Below, piece after piece: positions 25,684 to 31,309 of a DNA stretch of 31,309 bases. This DNA comes from an uncultured Eubacteriales bacterium (GTDB lineage Bacteria > Acidobacteriota > Aminicenantia > Aminicenantales > Aminicenantaceae). A program made the translations under genes and the position numbers. Numbering within the stretch: the stretch's first letter is position 1; every line of letters starts with the position of its first letter. Under the pieces are notes generated by a model that saw only the letters and a list, made by a program, of their open reading frames with translations, searched no databases and was not told the origin of the DNA. Where the stretch lies: assembly GCA_964348035.1 (NCBI GenBank), contig CAYGBF010000296.1, forward strand, positions 1 to 31,309. Direction: 5' to 3'.

Positions 25684-28201
25684 CTTCCGGCTTCACTCTT
25701 CTCGTTTCGACGAAGAAGACGCCGAGGATGGCTACGATAGCAAACAGAAAGCCTCTCCAAAGGGCGCTCACAGCGATCTGGCTCATAAGCTGGATCGAGG
25801 TCAACACCTTAGCCCCTGCCTGATCATAGAAGTGGGTTCCAACAGCACTCAGAGCAGCATAAAAGATACCGAGAAAAACTCCACATCCCACTCCGGCTAT
25901 AAATCGTCTCGAAAGAGGGGCCCCACCAGCCCAAACAGAAACAGCCGCTGCTGCCAGAATAGGAATCCAAAGAGCTATCCACCAGATGTCGCCGAATTGA
26001 GGCCGGAATCCCTTGAGAGAGAAAAAAGCGGTATCCATCCCCCCCAAAAGAGCCGTCCCGGCGATAACACACAGCGGTACATGCCAGTATCTGGATCTCA
26101 ACTCGGCCCGGCGTTCCCGGCGGAGCCGGAAGCGTCTCCTCAGGGTCAGGGGAAAATTGTAGAACATATCAAAGACGGCATGTTCGAGCAGGGCGCCCCG
26201 TTCACCGAAAACAGGGACGATGTGGGAAACTCCGAGGGCCCAGCGGCCGGCCATGAAACGGGCCAGGTCAGGATAGCGGTAGGCCATCTGAATGGGGAAA
26301 GCCAGATAACCGACGTATTTAAAAAAACTGACGAAGAAAGCAATATTGTAATCTCGAAAGTTACGCTCTCTGATGACAAGGAACGTAACGTACAATCCGC
26401 GGACGAGCGAACCAGGAGAGATCGGGATAACCTGGAAAAAACCCAGGATCAGGCCGGCATGCACAGAGGCTTCCTGCCAAGAGAGCTCCGGGTGCAACCG
26501 GATGTAGATAAAGGCGACGATGACGGAAACGATCTGGGTTATCGGAGCCGTGCAGACATGAACGGCCAGGCTTTTCAAGTATTTCTGGATGTAGGGTTCC
26601 TTGATCTGGGATTGAACGTTGGCGGCCTCGCGGGCAGTCAGCATACCATCTTTCTGTCCTTGAGTGATCATACCCCGCACCCATTCCTCCCTGGCGTCGG
26701 CTTTGAAATACAGGCGAAACGGCCGGGCAAACATATAATCGAGCGACTGGAGGAAAAAGCGCCAATCCGATAAAAATCGATGCATTTTCGGTGGTAATAT
26801 TAAAAGCGGCAGATGGAGAAGAAATCTCAAGGGATGACTGGCTAACTTCCTCGAACGCTCTCCAGAAATGCGCCCAGTCCTGTGCCAACGGATAAGAGCT
26901 TCCACAACGCGAGCCCTGGAGGCACGACGAAAATAGTCCGGTCTGGTCCAGATCTGCCTGTAATGCTGGCGATAAACGTCATGTCCTGCGGTTCGGCGCA
27001 AAAAGTTGCCGAAGACAGGTAATAGGCCCAGAATCCAGTAAATCAAAGCCAAGAATCTGCGCTGAAGCAGTTTCTCAGCCGTATTCTCGCTGATGATCTT
27101 CCGGATGTTCCAGCTTTTGATAAAACTGGTCCTGATAGAAGCCCTAAGTTTCGGATTGGTTAACAACTTTAGACGGTGATGGGCGATATCTGGCAACGAA
27201 TCACGGTAAGATTTATCGACCTCCTTGAGTTCAGCGACAGCCTCTTCCAGGCCTGTAAAGGCATCGGGCTGTTCGTCGATAAAAGACTCGAGCTTCTCGA
27301 TATTCCCTCTATCAAACTGAACAAGACGGCCCCTCTTTAATCCCTGGAAGATGAGCTTAATATCGCCGGGACACTGGGGCAGGAAGGGAAGAAGGGCCAG
27401 GCCGGCCCTGAAATCCACCGCGACTAAGCCGCGAGTGGGGTCGGGATCGCTGTCGATGCGTTTGAGGGCGTTCGGCTGGCTTTTAAGCGTCCACCACTCG
27501 TACTGGCGGGCTAACTCTGTCGCTCCCATATCATGCATTAAGGTCACAAGATTGGCCATGAAAGTCCGTTTGGCGAGGTACTCGGGGGAACCCAGGCTTT
27601 CTCCTGGATCGCCCACTTTCCATTTTCTCCTGGCATCCAGGTTATTATCCACCTCGAACCGCCATACCCGGCCTTCTATCCACTCGCTGATTTCACCACA
27701 GCTGCCGATGGTGTCGTCGACGAGAGTGGCCAGGATATCGACCACAGCGTCTTCAGAACCAAACCTGAGCCTGGCTCCGCGCCGGATGATTTTCTGCCAG
27801 AGAGCCCCGGCTCGGGCTGCATCTGGATTGACCTGAAGAGAATACGGGGCTTGGAAGGCCAGCCCGAAAATCACGTTCCGGAACCATCGCGAAAAACCCT
27901 TCGGCGGGATGAGTATTTTCAAGGCATAGGAATGGCCTTCCTGAAGGCCGACGATCGGATCGCCGTCAGGTTCAACCTCAACAGCTTTGACTCGGTAAAC
28001 TTGTCCGGCATAACCCCCGCCCACAAACCGCTCGATTTCAAGCTTGACTCGTCCTTCTCTGGGCGGAAAAACCCCTCTGATCCTGTATTCGAGGGCTGTG
28101 TCTGGCTCGTAACGCCGTCTCCGCCGGGGACGGAGGATTTTCTGGTTTTTAAAAAGATTCTCTAGATGCTGGATCGTTGTCAAAGAGTATTCTACACCCA
28201 T
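25676..28201 (-). CDS. Uncharacterised protein-kinase-like-fold protein with multi-TM C-terminal half
   Basis: GGGYAGQV (G61-V68), YALK (K95), EWIEG hinge-like segment, LKSQPN (K240, N244), VAVDFRAG (D263); several hydrophobic segments after about aa 380. 841-aa ORF with its own promoter. Confidence 0.7.
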   Translation of the reverse strand: MGVEYSLTTIQHLENLFKNQKILRPRRRRRYEPDTALEYRIRGVFPPREGRVKLEIERFVGGGYAGQVYRVKAVEVEPDGDPIVGLQEGHSYALKILIPPKGFSRWFRNVIFGLAFQAPYSLQVNPDAARAGALWQKIIRRGARLRFGSEDAVVDILATLVDDTIGSCGEISEWIEGRVWRFEVDNNLDARRKWKVGDPGESLGSPEYLAKRTFMANLVTLMHDMGATELARQYEWWTLKSQPNALKRIDSDPDPTRGLVAVDFRAGLALLPFLPQCPGDIKLIFQGLKRGRLVQFDRGNIEKLESFIDEQPDAFTGLEEAVAELKEVDKSYRDSLPDIAHHRLKLLTNPKLRASIRTSFIKSWNIRKIISENTAEKLLQRRFLALIYWILGLLPVFGNFLRRTAGHDVYRQHYRQIWTRPDYFRRASRARVVEALIRWHRTGRISGERSRKLASHPLRFLLHLPLLILPPKMHRFLSDWRFFLQSLDYMFARPFRLYFKADAREEWVRGMITQGQKDGMLTAREAANVQSQIKEPYIQKYLKSLAVHVCTAPITQIVSVIVAFIYIRLHPELSWQEASVHAGLILGFFQVIPISPGSLVRGLYVTFLVIRERNFRDYNIAFFVSFFKYVGYLAFPIQMAYRYPDLARFMAGRWALGVSHIVPVFGERGALLEHAVFDMFYNFPLTLRRRFRLRRERRAELRSRYWHVPLCVIAGTALLGGMDTAFFSLKGFRPQFGDIWWIALWIPILAAAAVSVWAGGAPLSRRFIAGVGCGVFLGIFYAALSAVGTHFYDQAGAKVLTSIQLMSQIAVSALWRGFLFAIVAILGVFFVETRRVKPEVV

Positions 28202-28274
28202 CCACGTCTCTTCAGAACATTAACAGCAATCTTTATCCTTTAACATCAAACATCCATGATTTTCTATTGACAAG

Positions 28275-28303
28275 CTTATAACAGAGCCCCGAGGGGATGT
28301 CAA
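28275..28303 (-). promoter_or_regulatory. sigma70 promoter of the kinase-like gene
   Basis: Minus strand TTGACA-17 bp-TATAAG. Confidence 0.55.
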
Positions 28304-28371
28304 TCTGAAAGGGAGGAAGGGCAGACGATTTTTGTTTAACGATTTTCAAGTTCGACATACGAGTGAGTCAA

Positions 28372-28392
28372 GGTGAGATGAGAGATCTCACC
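28372..28392. terminator. Hairpin downstream of the NmrA-like gene, possible terminator
   Basis: GGTGAGAT-GAGAG-ATCTCACC 8-bp stem; lacks a clear U-tract. Confidence 0.3.
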
Positions 28393-28433
28393 TCCATCCT
28401 GAGATGATTTTTTCTAGGGGCTTTTGGTCGTGA

Positions 28434-29300
28434 CTATTTAAAACTTTCGATGTGATCCCGTACAAATTGGGAAAAGGACCTAGGCTTCATGCCGGTGATC
28501 TGTTCCACGGCTGAGGAAATCTTGGACCCATAGCCAGCCCTGAAGGCCGCATTGAGTTCTATCAATCCCTCGATTAACCAATCCGGCATTCCCATTTTCT
28601 TCATTCCCATCCTGGCAACATCGTCGGTTATCGGAACGTAGGTGACTTTCTTCTCGATCGCTTTGCTAAAGATCTCGGCCAATTCATGGAAGGTTAGGGC
28701 CTCGGGTCCGGTGAGATTATAGGCTTTGTTTTCATGTCCGCGTTCGGTCAGCACCTTGACAGCCACGGCAGCGATATCGCGAACATCGATCTGGCTGATC
28801 TTGGCATTATCAACGGCCATGTAGAAAGTTCCTTGGTTTTTAATCGTGGCTGAACTCGAGTTGAAGTGGTTCTGCATGAAAAAGTTGGGGCGTAGATGCG
28901 TGTACGGAATACCAGAATCCTCGACGATTCTCTCTGCCTCTCGATGCCATCTGGCCAGCACCATATCTTTTTTTGAGTCCGCATCCAACACAGACATCTT
29001 CACGACATGCTTCACTCCGGATTTCTCAGCTGCCTCGACGAGGACCGAGGTCATCTCGACAATCCTGTCCGAGGGTGGAGTGAGCAAGAACACTCTGTCA
29101 ACGTCCTGGAGTGCCTTATCGATGGTTTCTGGCCTATCGTAGTGGACCTCTTCAATTTCAACACCGAGTTCTTTGAAGGTGTCGGCTTTAGCTAAGGAAT
29201 GGACGCCGGCGCGGACATCTGCTCTGACAGCAGCTAACTGCTTAACCACCTCATGGTCTACAGTTCCAGTGGCTCCTGTGACCAAAATTTTATTATTCAT
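28434..29300 (-). CDS. NmrA-like / atypical SDR NAD(P)-binding protein
   Basis: ILVTGATGTVD, ALQDVDRVFLL, GVKHVVKMS, YTHLRPNFFMQN, IDVRDIAAVA, YNLTGPEAL. Confidence 0.88.
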   Translation of the reverse strand: MNNKILVTGATGTVDHEVVKQLAAVRADVRAGVHSLAKADTFKELGVEIEEVHYDRPETIDKALQDVDRVFLLTPPSDRIVEMTSVLVEAAEKSGVKHVVKMSVLDADSKKDMVLARWHREAERIVEDSGIPYTHLRPNFFMQNHFNSSSATIKNQGTFYMAVDNAKISQIDVRDIAAVAVKVLTERGHENKAYNLTGPEALTFHELAEIFSKAIEKKVTYVPITDDVARMGMKKMGMPDWLIEGLIELNAAFRAGYGSKISSAVEQITGMKPRSFSQFVRDHIESFK

Positions 29301-29456
29301 GATGTCTCCATAATAAGATTTTCTAATTTGGAAATGATTTTAGATATATCGATTCGCCGTCAAGGCGACGAGATAAGAGGCGCTCTCCTTCTCATCAATT
29401 TATGCGAAAGACGGTCGATTGTACTATTACTCCTATATCCTTAATAGGTATACTAT

Positions 29457-29485
29457 ATATTAACTTGAACAGATTCTCCGGTCAA
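29457..29485 (-). promoter_or_regulatory. Putative sigma70 promoter of the NmrA-like gene
   Basis: Minus strand TTGACC-17 bp-TAATAT, implying a leader of about 150 nt. Confidence 0.45.
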
Positions 29486-29528
29486 TCATGAAAGTAACGG
29501 TGAGAAGTTCCCCAATCCCTGTCCAGGA

Positions 29529-30179
29529 TTAAAATGTGTACATCAGACCCAGGGACAGGCTGAGGATCTTCTGCTGCGGGTCGCTGAAGATCGGGCTGTA
29601 ACGGACATCAAATCTTGTCATCAGGCTTTCGAGGGCCGAGAAAAGGATTCCCCCGCCAAGATTTGCCATCCCGTTTGTCTTTTTGTCAGGAGCCGAGAAT
29701 TCGATGACAAACCCGAATTCAGACCTGTACAATTCATCCTCGGCAGTAAGCTTGTCGAATCCGCCGCCGACCAAGATGTATGGGCTCAGACGGCCTTCGA
29801 GAACTCGATAAACGACATTCATGGTCAGAGCGTAATGGCGACTCGAATCAACCTCCACGGTATCTAGATCAGACGGATCCACCAGGGTAAGTTGGGATGA
29901 AAAAAAGGTGCGATAATCCAGTTCGAGGCCGATTTGATCGTTAAAATTGATTCCTAGCGCGATCCCCAATTGGAGAGGCGAATGGGCCGGCGTGATCGGA
30001 AAATCATTCTCTCCATGTATGTAGTCAGCCTCTGACCCGGAGGTAAAAACGCGGCTCCAGCCTCCGAAAACGGACAACTGGCCCTTTTGAGCTTTGGCCT
30101 GGACTGCACCAAGGAAAAGCAGAAGAAAGAGGATGGTCACAGGCCGTAGAACCTTTTTCCGATGTCTTTTAGTCATCAT
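29529..30179 (-). CDS. Small outer-membrane beta-barrel protein (OmpA-like/OMP_b-brl)
   Basis: Signal peptide ending AQA/AKA; amphipathic strands; SPYILVGGG; C-terminal LSLGLMYTF with terminal Phe. Confidence 0.75.
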   Translation of the reverse strand: MMTKRHRKKVLRPVTILFLLLFLGAVQAKAQKGQLSVFGGWSRVFTSGSEADYIHGENDFPITPAHSPLQLGIALGINFNDQIGLELDYRTFFSSQLTLVDPSDLDTVEVDSSRHYALTMNVVYRVLEGRLSPYILVGGGFDKLTAEDELYRSEFGFVIEFSAPDKKTNGMANLGGGILFSALESLMTRFDVRYSPIFSDPQQKILSLSLGLMYTF

Positions 30180-30184
30180 AATGC

Positions 30185-30820
30185 TTAAAACCCCGAACCC
30201 ACCAAAACCTCCTCTCCCAAGCTCCCATACTCGGGGTAAGGCCTGTGGGTCGAGTTGCCCGCCCGCATGATGCGAACACCTCGAATCCCCGCCTCGATGG
30301 CGGCCCTGATGTCACCGTCGGAATCTCCGTAAAATATTTGGATATTATTAGCCAGGATAGCCTTTGATTTGAGGTTGGTGAAGATCACGTCGTTGATGTC
30401 ATCCAGGTTAAAAATCTTGGCCAAGAGCTCGGTCACTGTTTCCGTCTCTGTTTTCCACCTGGCCGTGATAAAGTAAATAGCATCTCCACGGTTTTTGTGG
30501 AATTCGATCAACCGCCTGGCACATTCCTTCGGGAGACTGAACTCATCCAATCCGTTGTTCATCTCATTCCAGAACTCCTCCATCTCAAGATAATTATTAC
30601 TCCCAGGAGAATACTTCTGCTGTCCATAATAATAGCCTGGTGAGGAAAAGAGCGTGGTATCATCCACGTCAAACCCGACTCTCATCGGCTGTTGGTTCTC
30701 CAGGCTGCTGACGATGTCTTCCATCGTCACCCACCGGATTTCAGGCTTTTCCTGTCCTGTAGAACAACAAAAAAAGAGAACAGAAAGAAGGAGGTAGACG
30801 AAGGCCAGCCTTTTCGACAT
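30185..30820 (-). CDS. aphA: Class B non-specific acid phosphatase (AphA-like, HAD), possible lipoprotein
   Basis: VGFDVDDTTLFSSP, FWNEMNNGLDEFSLPKE, IFYGDSDGD, RIMRAGNST, GEEVL closely parallel AphA. Start set at 30820 (MSKRLAF...LFFCC). Confidence 0.88.
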   Translation of the reverse strand: MSKRLAFVYLLLSVLFFCCSTGQEKPEIRWVTMEDIVSSLENQQPMRVGFDVDDTTLFSSPGYYYGQQKYSPGSNNYLEMEEFWNEMNNGLDEFSLPKECARRLIEFHKNRGDAIYFITARWKTETETVTELLAKIFNLDDINDVIFTNLKSKAILANNIQIFYGDSDGDIRAAIEAGIRGVRIMRAGNSTHRPYPEYGSLGEEVLVGSGF

Positions 30821-30903
30821 CGACCTCTTTCCTTCAATCGAGAACAACAAGGCCTTTCTCATCTCTGCCTCCTAGACGGGTATTTTTATTTTTTTATGAA
30901 AAG

Positions 30904-30933
30904 ATTATACTCGTCGCCAAATTCTATTGTCAA
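30904..30933 (-). promoter_or_regulatory. sigma70 promoter of aphA-OMP
   Basis: Minus strand TTGACA-18 bp-TATAAT, both hexamers consensus. Confidence 0.6.
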
Positions 30934-30984
30934 AGATGAAGAATCATATAACAATAAACAATAATAATAACTCAGGAGAGTGAG

Positions 30985-31309
30985 ATGAGAAAAATCATAC
31001 CTATCGCTATGCTGCTGTTGGTGTGTTTTCCTTCGGCCTTCGGGAATGAAGCCATCATCATCGGAAACGTAGAGGGAGAGGGAATGTTGATCTATCCTTC
31101 CCAAGTAGAAGAAGGTCCCGATGGGAACATATACGTCTATGATATGGCCGACTCGACCATCAAAGTCTATTCTCCCAACGGTGAATATTTAAGGAGAATC
31201 GGGGGCCAAGGACAGGGTCCGGGTGAAATCCAGCGGGCCGACGGCGTGACCTTCGGGTTCACCGAAGAAAGAAATTTATTTTTTACAGAATATTTTGGCG
31301 GACATCCGT
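30985..31309 (+). CDS. 6-bladed beta-propeller (NHL-like) secreted protein, 3'-partial (not in the ORF track)
   Basis: Manual translation MRKIIPIAMLLLVCFPSAFG...DGNIYVYDMADSTIKVYSPNGEYLRRIGGQGQGPGEI; SD AGGAGAG; open to the window end. Confidence 0.8.
   Translation, partial: MRKIIPIAMLLLVCFPSAFGNEAIIIGNVEGEGMLIYPSQVEEGPDGNIYVYDMADSTIKVYSPNGEYLRRIGGQGQGPGEIQRADGVTFGFTEERNLFFTEYFGGHP

Noticed and set aside
25660-25700. Programmed frameshift or readthrough fusing the kinase-like ORF to the NodB fragment
   Set aside because: No slippery heptamer seen, and the two ORFs are in different frames, so TAG readthrough would not join them.
25670-26773. 367-aa plus-strand ORF
   Set aside because: Antisense to the 841-aa gene, with no family motifs or convincing RBS.
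1-31309. CRISPR arrays, rRNA/tRNA genes, integrases, transposases, defence systems
   Set aside because: No regularly spaced repeats, structural RNA signatures or matching ORFs were seen by eye.

Overview
Bacterial chromosomal window of moderate GC content. A Candidatus Aminicenantes / Acidobacteriota-like organism is suggested by inference only, from the Acidobacteria-type Hfq, DUF5916 and a 6-bladed beta-propeller gene. Left end (1-5 kb): tail of an ECF envelope-stress/efflux locus (zinc anti-sigma factor, Spy/CpxP-like protein, TolC). Its MacA-MacB genes appear to have collapsed into a 100-aa chimera, with a MacA N-terminus joined at LDP to the MacB C-terminal LDPIEALRYE. DUF5916 and a cluster of REP-like palindromes follow. 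Middle (5.3-23.7 kb): housekeeping origin-proximal genes hfq-like, pdxA, smpB, carD, rpmH-rnpA-yidD-yidC-jag, then a tightly coupled mnmE-mnmG-parA-parB-bactofilin-kdsB-pyrG-kdsA-kdsD-kdsC run, then PMM/PGM and ManC. A perfect parS palindrome lies inside the mnmG 3' end. dnaA and rsmG are absent from their usual positions. Right end (23.7-31.3 kb): accessory region with NrdR-box-like motifs, a Tat-signal DUF362 protein, a NodB fragment, an 841-aa uncharacterised kinase-fold membrane protein with a non-canonical catalytic loop, an NmrA-like protein, a small beta-barrel, a class B acid phosphatase and a partial beta-propeller gene. No rRNA, tRNA, tmRNA, CRISPR array or transposase was recognised. 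All family calls come from motif recognition by eye; no database searches were run.
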